From NCBI GenBank assembly GCA_001687465.1, contig LVLI01000263.1, positions 124,001-166,476 on the forward strand: a stretch of 42,476 bases of DNA, read 5' to 3'. The notes under the pieces are model-generated. The model did no database searches, was not told the DNA's origin, and worked only from the letters and a program-made list of their open reading frames with translations. Both the position numbers and the translations under genes were made by a program. Within the stretch, counting starts at the first letter, position 1, and each line of letters opens with the position of its first letter. The DNA comes from Halocafeteria seosinensis. Its lineage: Eukaryota. This document shows, one piece after another, positions 10,498 through 21,411 of this stretch.

Positions 10498-11766
10498 ATG
10501 GAGTCCTCAAAGGACCAGCCGTGCTCCGAACATGTTTGTTCCTCATCGAGTACCGCCTCTAGCACTCAAGAGACCCATCCGTCCCCCACGGCGCCCATAA
10601 AGGAGGACAAGAGATTGAGGGATCGATGTGTCAAACTTCTCGACAGCGCAGTCAAACGTGGAATGGCAAAGTTAAGCCCGGAGATTCAGCAACGGTGCTA
10701 TGCGCAACCTCAACGAGAGACTTGTGTGAAGAATCTCGAGGAACAGGTGTTTTCATCTGCAGAATATGAAACGAACACGAGGTACCGAGAATCTATTCGC
10801 TCTTTAGTGTATAATTTAAGCGAAGGAGGCACTATTTTAGAAGCTGCCATGATGGGGTTCATCTCCTCGGACCTGCTGGCATGTGTCTCGGTTGGAGGAG
10901 AAATTGCCCAACTACTAAGTGAATTACAAGATGCTCGAGATGCGGCGTTTATTCCTGCGTACAACCAGAATTCGACTTTTTTACAAAGGTTGCAACCGTG
11001 CTTTCCACTGATTTTTTCATTCTTGCACGCAAAAGAATTCGCCAAGTTACAGCTCGTGTGCCGCAGTTTCAAACGAGTTGCTGGGTCAAACCTCTTCTGG
11101 TACGCGTATTGTACAAGAGACTTCTCCAAAGAAAAGCCAGTCATTGGCGCAAGCAATAAAATGACAGAGATACAAAAGAAAAAATGGGGGAGATCATCTT
11201 TGTTGGTCGAGAATCCCTCTTGGGGAAGCTTCCCCTGTAGCGAAGCTACAATCTTGCAAACATTTCTCAATAATAGGTTGCTATTTACCCAGCAGACATT
11301 CCCAAAACAGAGGCGCAAAGTATCTCAAATTGCCGGAGATCGGGTCTCAAAGCACTACCGTCGCCACTCAAGACGAAGGAGGAAACGTCGTCGTTCCACT
11401 GCTGAAGCTGGCATCCATGCAGACACGGGTGATCACAACTACAATGATAATAGCAGTTCTAACACGCCAATTACTGGGAATGGTATGGAATTTACCTCAG
11501 CGCAACTTCCTGTAATGCGCGACGAGTTTGGAGAGCCGTGGAAAAATGTGTATTTACGTTTGTACATTAGAGCTTCTCGTCTTCTAGCAGCAACACGCAA
11601 GCCAAAAGTGTCTTGTGCTACATGCAAGTCTGACAGCGCAGAAATTAGGATTTATTCGCGGGCAATGACGTTCATCAAGTATGCCTACTGTTCTCTCTGC
11701 TACAACGTCCGTGTACTGGAATGCAGCCACGGTGACCTAGCCGATATTGTAGACGCTCTCTTTTAG
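10498..11766 (+). CDS. TFIIS central domain + F-box + C-terminal C4 zinc ribbon protein
   Basis: LRDRCVKLLDSAV...LEEQVFSS..YETNTRYRESIRSLVYNL is TFIIS_M-like. LQRLQPCFPLIFSFLHAKEFAKLQLVCRSFKRVAGSNLFW..YC is an F-box. A basic NLS and CATC-x21-CSLC follow. Confidence 0.7.
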   Translation: MESSKDQPCSEHVCSSSSTASSTQETHPSPTAPIKEDKRLRDRCVKLLDSAVKRGMAKLSPEIQQRCYAQPQRETCVKNLEEQVFSSAEYETNTRYRESIRSLVYNLSEGGTILEAAMMGFISSDLLACVSVGGEIAQLLSELQDARDAAFIPAYNQNSTFLQRLQPCFPLIFSFLHAKEFAKLQLVCRSFKRVAGSNLFWYAYCTRDFSKEKPVIGASNKMTEIQKKKWGRSSLLVENPSWGSFPCSEATILQTFLNNRLLFTQQTFPKQRRKVSQIAGDRVSKHYRRHSRRRRKRRRSTAEAGIHADTGDHNYNDNSSSNTPITGNGMEFTSAQLPVMRDEFGEPWKNVYLRLYIRASRLLAATRKPKVSCATCKSDSAEIRIYSRAMTFIKYAYCSLCYNVRVLECSHGDLADIVDALF

Positions 11767-12255
11767 TAAGTGGAATTGACTGGCATGCGGTCGATTTGGT
11801 AGAGAAGCTTGGGGCATGCACTGAGATTGAACTGTACTCGTTCCTCCCTGAGGCCTTCGGACGGTGAGACATGGCCTATTAAGCAGCAGCGAAGAAGCAC
11901 GAGGTCCTCGGTGATTTCGAACGCGCCACTATGGGAATCTGAAAAGCATGGAAGCATGGCATTCTTTCATCCGAAATTGAATCCATGCGCTTAATAGCAA
12001 ACCTCCCGTATCTGTGCAAAACGGACGCGTTCGGTCCAGCCAGCCAACAAGGGCCAAAAGACCATCACCATTTGGTAGCATGAATCCGTATATACTCTGT
12101 GAAAAAATAGCAACTCTTCTAGATGAATGTGATATATTGTTTCGCATGCTCGTCACTACACTAAGTAGTACACTTTCATTGAATACGGAGTCCAGAGCTC
12201 TCCCCAGCGTTGGCCCCCTAAGGTAATACCTTTCAAAGCCTCTGTTTTGTTCCAT
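11763..12255 (-). CDS. Possible small hypothetical protein (two ORFs joinable by one intron at ~11939-12002)
   Basis: A GTTTGC...TTTTCAG intron of typical size joins ORF 11929-12255 in frame to ORF 11763-11957. No family recognised. Confidence 0.3.
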
Positions 12256-12515
12256 TTGTGGGTCCTTCGACGAGGCCAGTGGTGCACGACTGTTCTCCTT
12301 TCTGTCTGTAGGAGTATAAAATCTTGCAATATTTGCTGTGTATATCGAAATCAGCGTGTTCGTCGTCGGGGGTCCAGTTGAGGGTGTTTAGGGGTCCTTT
12401 ATTGACGCACACACCTCTCTTTTGTCCTATGACTGACGATATACGCATACGGAGGAGTCCATAGTATTTATGGTTATGCTTTAAAAGGGTGACGACAGGA
12501 GATACAGTGGTGTAA

Positions 12516-15500
12516 ATGTCCTCATCCTCCTCTGCCTCTTCGTCCTCTGCGCAGCCCCATTCGGGAGAGACCAGCTCCATGGCACAGCAGGAGCCTCAGA
12601 GGGGCAGCAGGCCTCTAAGCGAATACCCAGAGGCACAATGGGAGGGGATGATTGCTTTTGTGCAGGAGAAAGAGCATGAAGACCCAGGGGATACAAGGCT
12701 CTGTAGAGGCCGAGTGGGGAATATCCACTGGCGAGAAGGAGGCAAGGTCCCATTGGTACTGGACTCGGGTGATTCGATCTACAGGAAGCCCAACGAAGTC
12801 TATGTGTGGGACGAGGTCTCTGCAGAGGGTGGTGGCAACTCCTCTAGCATTGGACCGCCAGATCGGAAGAGAAGACACTCTAGCACGCACAGCAATGTAT
12901 CTGAAGCTGATGAAGCAGGCTACAATGGAGATGACTCTGACGGAGGCGACGTGGACAAAGGTGACCAAGACTTAACGGGTTGGCCCGTGAGCATTCGAGA
13001 GGGTGAATACCAAGGCTGTCACGGATTTGTTGAAGGTGTTGTCGGTGACGGACAGTTTGAGGTGTCAATCATTAACGAACGAGTTCCAACGGATTCCTCT
13101 TTTGTTATAAAGCGTCGTGACCAATTAGAGCTCTCTACATCGCAAGCAGCTTTCTCAGGTATGCTCGGTAAAGGAACAGAGAGCGCTTCCTCTTCCGACT
13201 CTAGCGCTCACCGAGAGGCGACGGCTAGTTACCCTCAGATCACTCAAGCTCTAAAGACAGCCGTCCAGTTATCTGGTATAACGAAGATTGACCCATTGTC
13301 TGTTGGTCATCAATTGAAATTGCTAGATCTAAGTGAGAGCAATCTGTCTGAGTCCCGTATTCCCTCTGTGGAAGAAGCCAACGATCAGTGGGCTGAGGTC
13401 TCAGAGAGAGAAAGGAGAATAATAATTCGACACCTAAACAATTGCCTCCCAGGGTCTCTGCGTCCCGTTGGCTTACCTCCTGAGTCTAAAACGTCAACAG
13501 CTCCAAAGAAGACCATCAAAACTTCGAAATCGAAGAAGGGGTCGCGATCCAGCAGATTCAAGCGCACCCAGGATCCTTCTAGAGAAGAAAATTCGCCACA
13601 TACTAAGTCGTCCCAAGTGCATACCTCGGAAGAGGATACAGAAGAAGAACTCGATCCCGAGGACATGACGATTGAAGATTTAGGCCTTGAAATGGAAGAA
13701 TACGATACAGAGGAAGGAGCGGTAGATCACGAGAGCACATTCATCTCGGCTGTTTTGGATGTCGGTGCAGGCGCGACGCTACAGAGTACTCATAGAATCC
13801 TCGATTTATTGACCCTGTGTACTGATTGGTCAACAATGCTTGAAACGTCCCGCGCAGAAACTGGAGATCGAGAGGAATCCTCTTCGATGTCAACTCGTCG
13901 GACCACGAGGAGAGCCAAGGGACGTCTCCGATCTACATCGACGCACACAGATGACACTGCCTACGACAGTGAAAATTCGACTAAAAAGACTGGTGAGAAC
14001 AAGGCGCACAAGGAAGAAGAAAATAAGAGTATGGACAAGCCGGCGGAGGGTTTGACCATTCGACAACCGGACGCCTCGGTTCGCCGTTCCGCTCGGGGCG
14101 GCTCAACTCCGGGAGCGTTGTCAGAAAGCATGCTTGCACGGCAAAAGTATTCTCCGAAAGAAGACCAAGATTCCAAGTCTAATCCGCAGAGAGAGGGTGA
14201 AAAAGCGACTGAGAAGACAACTAGTCGGTCTCAAGGTGAAAGTGACGCTGTGTCTGCCAAGAGAGATCGAGACATAAAGGGGAAAAGTTCTTCCAAGACC
14301 ACTCACGCAGCACAGCAAACCTCTGCTCGAGGTAAAGCAAAACTCGGCAAGGAAGCGCCGAAAAATGCTGCAGGTAATGCAGAGAGGGAAACGAGCTTCA
14401 TTGAACAGCCGGTCCATCCCTCTTTTATGGCGGCGACTGTAGACCAACCCGCCGACGTTGCGAGCGAAGATGATATTGCATCCTCAATTACTTCGCATCC
14501 TCCTTACGGGAACACATATTTCGCTTATGATAATACTTTGAATGGCTTAAATTCTGGACTGACGTTTCAAAGCGGTTCTTCTGTTGCTCTCGATGCGACT
14601 AGCTCCATTCGCCGTCGTTTACGGGAAGAAAGGAAGATTCACTGGTCCCACAACGAGGATTACACTTCTGATGTCATTGAATGGGCTCAGCAGCATGGTG
14701 GAGCTGGACTTCCGCTTAGTGTAATTCCGTTCTACCCGGGGAATCGCTCTCATGTCTCACAAGAAGGAGCATTTGAACGAATCAAGGATTCCCGCTACCT
14801 GCTGCTTCATCCAGAATTAGTGGCACGAAGTATGCAAGGATTATCGTCTGTCTCTGGAGGAGGGACGTCAATCAGAAGAGTAGCTGATCAATACGGTTGC
14901 CAAGGGGGCGATAGTCTTTACGATTTGGCTTCCCAACTGGGCATAGCGAGTCAGCTAAATCTTCAATCCTTTTCGGCAGTTGAAGCTGAGCATAGGAAGG
15001 GCAGAATGTCGACTTCTATCAGCTCGGCTGTTGTGGAAGACCGAGAAGCTGGTGTTGAAGAAAACAATGCCGATGGGGAAGACGAGGAACTAGACGGATA
15101 CAGAGGCCCAGAGGAAGATAGCGAGCAGCCGGACGGGCGACGGAAACCTCGTATAGGGGCCGGTGGAAAGAGAACGCAAGAACGTTTCGCATTTTATAAC
15201 GTCTACTGTGAGTGGGCGAAGTCTAAGAATATTGTGCCGCTGGCCTTCAGAAATTGGTATTATGCGCTTGATGTGAAGGATAGATTACGTTATCAAGTAA
15301 ACAGATTGAGAGAACGACAAGACTGGGACCGTAGGGCTTACATTCACGAATTTACATCCAATTTGGATTTGTCGTTTCCGGACAGATATTCTGAGGCCCT
15401 TATTGCTAGAGCCCTTCAGAGACTCGGCACCAGGGTACACCAAGAATTTGGGGATACCTTGAACTTGGATGAAGTATTCAACCTTGAAAACCTTGAGCAA

Positions 15501-18500
15501 GTGGCTCCAGGTATCGCTGCAGATACCAGGAGTAAGATTGAATCTATTGAGCCAGGAAAACCTATTTTATACTTTCAGATTGGAGAAAACCAGCTTAAGA
15601 AACTGGAGGAACAGTGTCTGTTTGGGCACCGAGAGCAAGAGCGTCCGAAACGAGGAGACAATGAGCTACCGGATTTGGACGACGTGCCCTGGTACATGTT
15701 CCAGCGGTACCTTTTCAGACGCAATCTTCTATGTTCAACAGTTGCACCCACTAATTGCTTTCGACAAAAAGGGGATTTTACGAAGAATGGGCGAGAAACC
15801 AGTGAAGCTGCAATTTCGAGTCCCTATCTAGGAACCGAGACAGACAGTGATAGTGACGATGATGTGGCCCAAAGAAACTCCGCAAGTATTGGTTTGAATT
15901 CGCTCCGGCACCACAATGTGGAAAGAAAGCGTCAGCAACCGGTGGTCCCTGAACCTCAAACGATGGATCAGTTATTCTGCGGCCATGCTGTGGACATTGA
16001 CAACTCCTTAACATGCCATGCGTGTGGTCGTGAAAAAGAATCCTTGGCCGAAAATTGCTGGAACCCCAACTGTTATCTATGCCCTATATACGGCTTTAAA
16101 GCAGAATGTCGAAGACGCCGCACCATGTCTCAGTCTGCAGATGCACCTACAGTTCGCGATCCATCCGCCTTATGTAGTCCGAGATTGGCTTCATGGGTTA
16201 GAGGGGTCTTAGAGGGTTGCGGCTCGCTCACTCAGAGAACTCCTCGCTTATATTATAACCTGATTCGGGGGTTTTCCAAGAACAATCCCCACCTTGGAGA
16301 TGAATGTAGTGTGGGTAGAGCGCCACAGAGAGGAAAGCGATACCGTTGTTCTGCAAGCGAGACGGATTCTAGCATCACTAGTGTTGCCCCAAAATGGCAA
16401 AAAGGGGCCATACGCTCTCATTTCATGCCACTCTCGGAGGAAATTGAGGCTGACACTAAGCTTCGTGAATTGTACGGCGAGGAATACGCATTCGCGTATG
16501 CTCACTCGTTTGGTATGCCTCGGCATAAGAGTACTTTGGCCGATGCAAACAGTGGCGAAGAAAGGGTTATGTCGTATGCTAGAGACTTTACCGCGCGTAG
16601 AAGGAAGGTGGGTGGTCTTGCAAAGGCCAGGGAATACCTCAGGTGTACCCGAAATGCCATTGGTCAGCCGGTATCTAAAGCATCCGAAGAACAAGCTGGT
16701 ACACAGTCTAATGCAATTTTGAATCGGTACAAGAGATTCAGCCGTAAGCAAGGTGTTGCCATGACTGAGACGTCAGTTGTGGGAGGGTTGGGAGATAATA
16801 CTTCTGCCACAGCATTGGCTCGCCAAAAAGCCGGCAAAACACTGCTGAGAGACGGCAACTCTTCTGGTCGGGAATTTTTCTCAGAGCTTTGGGAAGAGAA
16901 CGAGCGCTTGCGCGATTGCGGAACTATAACTTCTGAGGATGTTCGTGGTAGCTACAGGGATACGTGCCGGTTTGGTCCCGTAAAGACCGCAGACGACATT
17001 TGTACTGGTGGGTTTACTTGCCCTTCAAATCCCCGACTTGAGATTGAAGCACAAATTGCGCAATACTTTCACAGCACTGCGGAAGCGCTATCACGACTAA
17101 TTTCGTCTGACGGTATGAAAGAGTTTTTCCATACACGATCAAACCTGATGAAAATACTGACTGAAGACTACATTGACCAGGATCCCCATCAAGTAGTGTG
17201 GGATAGACTTTTCAACAAGGGAGCTCTGAATCAGAATCCGACCCCGGTTCTTGCAAACCTTAATCTTGAAAACCCAGCTCCGCAGAATCCACGGAACTGC
17301 TCAGTTGGCGATCGCACGGCGCTCGGAGAAATGATTACCTCAGCCTTACAAGTTCAGTTCAGTGATGGCAATCCTACATCAACGACCGCTATTCTACTTT
17401 CGTTCGATTGTAAAATCTATAGAGGAGTTTTCACCGCTCTGAATCGCGACTTCTTTTCGTGTCTCGAGAATGCGTGTATTAGTCATATCAAAGAAGCAAC
17501 CCAAGCAGAAGAGATGTCGGACACACAGTATTTGGCTGCTGCTGTTGTTCAACGGTTTTCTAACTCTATTAGAGACCATTTGTTAGTCAATGCCAACCAG
17601 AACACTATAAATGCGATGTATAGCGACATTGCAGATTTCATGGACGAAAACAACAGGGCCCAACCGGAGCTTACTGTTCCGAAGCAACTGCAGAAGTGGG
17701 GGGAGGAAATAGGCAAGCACGTCAACCACCAGATAGAACCGGCACTGATTGATAGCGTCTCAAACGCCATACACTGTTTGACGCAAGGTTTAGGAGCTCT
17801 ATTTTTACTCATTTCGTATCTCACGCAAATGATATCTAAAAGGAACGCTGCCAAAGCCTTCATTGGATCCACTGCTTCCCGGAAGAACACGGTGCAGATA
17901 TCCGACTTGATAAGCGAAATAAGTGCGGACGCAAAGACCACAATCATTTCTCGAATCATAAATGGTCTCAGGGGTTCAAGATACCTTCAAAGCCGAACAT
18001 TGGAAGTATTGAAGGAGTCTGTAAAACAAGGCGCCATTGTCTTCCAGCCTCTACTTTCTTGCCAATCGGCAAATGCAAGCCAGAGCGCCAACAATCGCTT
18101 CAACGCAGCAGTAGCGCACGCTCAAGATAGCGCGGACACAATGCTGCCTCAACGTTCAGAACCAAGCGGCGTCAAGCAAGAGCAAGAAGCACAGTCAACA
18201 ATCTTCGAAGAGCAACCTGACGACGAAGACTGGTCGTTTTATACGTATTCGGCACCCGTGCGCGTTGTCGGTCTCAAACGGGGTAGGGAGGACCTCTACT
18301 GGGATAACAGAGAAGCTTCGAGCCCCAACTCACTCGATCTAGCAATGCTCTACGATAGCGCTTACAACCACAGGAAAGTATCAATGGAGGCGAAACGGGC
18401 TCGTCTGCTACATCCTCACGGCGGCTTGCCGAATTTCCCAACGAAGGGAATTTTACCACCCACTGTGACGGCTCCTTTTTCGCTATGTAATGCTGATTCT

Positions 18501-18716
18501 GCCAACTCCCACCGGTATCGCTACAACGCACTCGCTCCAGATGAGACAGACCACGAAGTCGCCTCGGCCTGGAAACGTCTGGTTGATTTCCGGAGGTCCG
18601 CCATTGAGCCCCAGGAGCTTATGCAATTACGACCCTCCGTGGCACGACTTCGCTCGGGCGATAACCTTCAGATCCTGTCTGAGACTGCTATGTTTGAAGC
18701 CTCAAAGGCCACCTAA
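12516..18716 (+). CDS. Large 2066-aa hypothetical protein; KOW-like motif, long disordered regions, Cys-rich putative Zn-binding segment
   Basis: Uninterrupted 6.2-kb ORF. GWPVSIREGEYQGCHGFVEGV is KOW-like, CHACG...NCWNPNCYLC is Cys-rich, and there are acidic and Ser-rich tracts. Confidence 0.7.
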   Translation: MSSSSSASSSSAQPHSGETSSMAQQEPQRGSRPLSEYPEAQWEGMIAFVQEKEHEDPGDTRLCRGRVGNIHWREGGKVPLVLDSGDSIYRKPNEVYVWDEVSAEGGGNSSSIGPPDRKRRHSSTHSNVSEADEAGYNGDDSDGGDVDKGDQDLTGWPVSIREGEYQGCHGFVEGVVGDGQFEVSIINERVPTDSSFVIKRRDQLELSTSQAAFSGMLGKGTESASSSDSSAHREATASYPQITQALKTAVQLSGITKIDPLSVGHQLKLLDLSESNLSESRIPSVEEANDQWAEVSERERRIIIRHLNNCLPGSLRPVGLPPESKTSTAPKKTIKTSKSKKGSRSSRFKRTQDPSREENSPHTKSSQVHTSEEDTEEELDPEDMTIEDLGLEMEEYDTEEGAVDHESTFISAVLDVGAGATLQSTHRILDLLTLCTDWSTMLETSRAETGDREESSSMSTRRTTRRAKGRLRSTSTHTDDTAYDSENSTKKTGENKAHKEEENKSMDKPAEGLTIRQPDASVRRSARGGSTPGALSESMLARQKYSPKEDQDSKSNPQREGEKATEKTTSRSQGESDAVSAKRDRDIKGKSSSKTTHAAQQTSARGKAKLGKEAPKNAAGNAERETSFIEQPVHPSFMAATVDQPADVASEDDIASSITSHPPYGNTYFAYDNTLNGLNSGLTFQSGSSVALDATSSIRRRLREERKIHWSHNEDYTSDVIEWAQQHGGAGLPLSVIPFYPGNRSHVSQEGAFERIKDSRYLLLHPELVARSMQGLSSVSGGGTSIRRVADQYGCQGGDSLYDLASQLGIASQLNLQSFSAVEAEHRKGRMSTSISSAVVEDREAGVEENNADGEDEELDGYRGPEEDSEQPDGRRKPRIGAGGKRTQERFAFYNVYCEWAKSKNIVPLAFRNWYYALDVKDRLRYQVNRLRERQDWDRRAYIHEFTSNLDLSFPDRYSEALIARALQRLGTRVHQEFGDTLNLDEVFNLENLEQVAPGIAADTRSKIESIEPGKPILYFQIGENQLKKLEEQCLFGHREQERPKRGDNELPDLDDVPWYMFQRYLFRRNLLCSTVAPTNCFRQKGDFTKNGRETSEAAISSPYLGTETDSDSDDDVAQRNSASIGLNSLRHHNVERKRQQPVVPEPQTMDQLFCGHAVDIDNSLTCHACGREKESLAENCWNPNCYLCPIYGFKAECRRRRTMSQSADAPTVRDPSALCSPRLASWVRGVLEGCGSLTQRTPRLYYNLIRGFSKNNPHLGDECSVGRAPQRGKRYRCSASETDSSITSVAPKWQKGAIRSHFMPLSEEIEADTKLRELYGEEYAFAYAHSFGMPRHKSTLADANSGEERVMSYARDFTARRRKVGGLAKAREYLRCTRNAIGQPVSKASEEQAGTQSNAILNRYKRFSRKQGVAMTETSVVGGLGDNTSATALARQKAGKTLLRDGNSSGREFFSELWEENERLRDCGTITSEDVRGSYRDTCRFGPVKTADDICTGGFTCPSNPRLEIEAQIAQYFHSTAEALSRLISSDGMKEFFHTRSNLMKILTEDYIDQDPHQVVWDRLFNKGALNQNPTPVLANLNLENPAPQNPRNCSVGDRTALGEMITSALQVQFSDGNPTSTTAILLSFDCKIYRGVFTALNRDFFSCLENACISHIKEATQAEEMSDTQYLAAAVVQRFSNSIRDHLLVNANQNTINAMYSDIADFMDENNRAQPELTVPKQLQKWGEEIGKHVNHQIEPALIDSVSNAIHCLTQGLGALFLLISYLTQMISKRNAAKAFIGSTASRKNTVQISDLISEISADAKTTIISRIINGLRGSRYLQSRTLEVLKESVKQGAIVFQPLLSCQSANASQSANNRFNAAVAHAQDSADTMLPQRSEPSGVKQEQEAQSTIFEEQPDDEDWSFYTYSAPVRVVGLKRGREDLYWDNREASSPNSLDLAMLYDSAYNHRKVSMEAKRARLLHPHGGLPNFPTKGILPPTVTAPFSLCNADSANSHRYRYNALAPDETDHEVASAWKRLVDFRRSAIEPQELMQLRPSVARLRSGDNLQILSETAMFEASKAT

Positions 18717-18742
18717 ACTATCGGCTGCGCTCTGTTACACCA

Positions 18743-21150
18743 TCACTTGCTATTTCCTAGTACATATGTTTCATAGGTGCGCCGAATGACTTCTTCTTTC
18801 GTTTCGCACGTTTTTTTACTGTCGAATATACCAAGGTTGTGTCCTAGCGCGTAGTACGCCTTCTCGAAGCAATCATTACCTCCTGCAGTGTAGGCAGCTG
18901 CAGATACGAGTTCGTTTGTAGTTAGATCACAACCTTTGGCCAAGTGGGATATGTGTTCTCTCAGATTGATAGAATTGCCCAGGATGTTATCCCCATGAAA
19001 TCCAAGGACAACAACACACATACATGCCGTAAGAGCTATTCCTTCTGATATTGTCATAGACTCTCTCGGAGGGGTATGAAAGGTGTATATAAGACTTGCC
19101 AGGAAGTCTCGGAATATAGAGTTCTCAATGCGTAACCCGGAATGCTTTGAGACAGCATAAAGGTATTTGTACAGCTGCTGCAAGAAGTGCCTGTTGTCTG
19201 CATGTTCGTCTACTTCATATTCTCCATCAACAAGACCACACAGTTTCCAAGTATCTCTAGTAGAAAGATCAATGACAGTACTCCACAACCATCCATAAAG
19301 CGACGGTTTTAGTTCTTCCTCTATTAGAGAGTGTAACTGACTTCCACTCAGAGGTGCGAAGTCTTCACTGGATCCATCAGAGTCTTCTCCCTTATCTCCA
19401 TCAGATTGAAGGTCATACGCGCCATCATCATCTACTGTTCGCTCGTGCGAAAGAGTGGGAGGGTTCGCTTCCATGGTTTTTACCGGCACCTCCGATACTG
19501 CATGATCCTCTTCGCATTCCTCCGTAGATGACTTCATCGTAGATACCTCACCCCCCATCTTCACCGAAGCGGCTCTCCCGCTTACGGTAGGATTGCCACT
19601 GACACCTACATGATGCTCCCTAGAATTACTGGCGCGTCCAAGCGACGGTACAAGATATCCACCATCCTCTCCATCCTGTCTGTGTACGGTATGCCGTTCC
19701 TCAGCAAAAGCCCACTCGCGGGAAGCACTCCGGTTTACCTCAGTCCCCAGCTCTCCTGTGTGCGGTTGAATGGAGCTACCTTGCCTATTCTGCCAACTTC
19801 GACACTCTCCAGGATTGGATACGTTTTTGCTACTGGTGGTCTTCCCGCATCCACCTCGAGGACTGTCATTCGCTCTTCTCTCTATCCTCTCGGCGAGCTG
19901 ATTCACTGTGACTCTTCCCTTTTGTGGAACGTTTTTCCATCCAGTATCCCGAGGTATGCTATGAAAATCCACTCTCGCCTTCGATAATTTCTCCGAAAGC
20001 ACTTTCTCTTCGTGGTTTTCGGTTGAAGTACTTGCTTCCCCATTGTAAGTGTTGAAAGCCTGTGTTTCTGTCAGTTCCCCTTTATCAACCAGTGCCTGCC
20101 GTTGACGAATCCATTCTTCTTTGGGAAGCAACGGTTTCTTTTTTGTTTCCCGGTTACTCTTCGGCGTCCTTCGTCTGGAGTATTTTTCTTTTTCTCGTGC
20201 TTTCTTCATAGAAGACAAACAGATTAAGCCGTCGTCGGTCTCCTCTACGAGTCTCTGAGTTCCAGTACCTGCTCGCTTGTCTGAAGCCAATCTCTTATCA
20301 GAAGAAATGTACAAGCCTTCAATTAAATTTGATCCTCCATCGTCGAAATTGTTTACGCTACTCTGGTTGAAGTCGCTCGTACGAGGCCTCTCCACGATGT
20401 GTAGACTGTCGGGAGAAGTTCGTCCAGCTGCACTGACGCGCTCGTCGAGAGCGTTCTCGGACATATAATTTTGTCGATCGCCCTCTCTTTGTTGTCCACA
20501 AAAGGGTGAAACGTCCACAATATATGAGATACCGTCTTGCAAACGAAAATTCGGAGGAACTTCACTAAGTTGGGCATGAGCATATGCAGCCATCTGCGGG
20601 AGTGTCGTCCATAAAGCGTACCCCCGACTAGTCGTAGCATTGCATCCACACAAACTTACTTTGCAACAACGAGTTGAGCAGTATGCAGTTGGCAATCGTA
20701 CATGACTATTCTTGTACTCAGTCACTTTGGCAAGCTTGCGGAACCTGCGCACAGACCACAATTGTTTTTGGCCAAACGTGTTGAATGCGGTGAAACAATA
20801 AGAAATCCTATTGCGTCCTACCTGTCTTTCTGAGTCTGGGATATACTTGCTCCACATGTTGCGTTACCGCAATACAGAGCCAAAACTCGTTCCTCAAGAA
20901 TTTCCTCGAACTTTTGAGGGGTGAGCCACTGGCATATTTGCACAAACCGATCCGTTGTCACTTTCGGCTTAACACAGAGTTCGCATTCTAGTTGAAACAC
21001 CTCTCGCTCCAGTTTCTTCCTCGCTTGAATTGCTTCCTGTAGCTGTGCACTGGACGATTCCTCCTTTTTTCTGCGCTCTAGCTGGTGTCTCAGCTGTCCA
21101 GAGCCTGAGGCCGTGTTGGAGGCTGTCTCCTGTGGCTGGCGCTGCTGCAT
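18743..21150 (-). CDS. RPAP2: RNA polymerase II CTD phosphatase RPAP2/Rtr1 homolog, ~2 introns
   Basis: LTPQKFEEILEERVLALYCGNATC...(spliced)...AYCSTRC...YAHAQL is the Rtr1 zinc-binding domain, followed by a long disordered middle and a helical C-terminal region (SLYGWLWSTVIDL). Confidence 0.8.
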
Positions 21151-21411
21151 TATTGAGTGAATGCGGAACCCTGTGGCAGAGCCATACTACAATACTATCA
21201 CACAAACATCCACTTGGTGATGGAACGGCTTACAACATGTGAAGCTGCAAGTTGTTGAAGCAGCTTCGTTGAAGGCTGTAGCCTGTATACACTGTAGTCA
21301 CTGTGTAGTGTAGACACTGTGGCTGAGTCGGTGTGATTCGCAACATTACTGTAAAGAATTAAAGTAGCAGGGTAGTTGACGAAGCACAGGTAGTGTCTTT
21401 GATGACACAAA

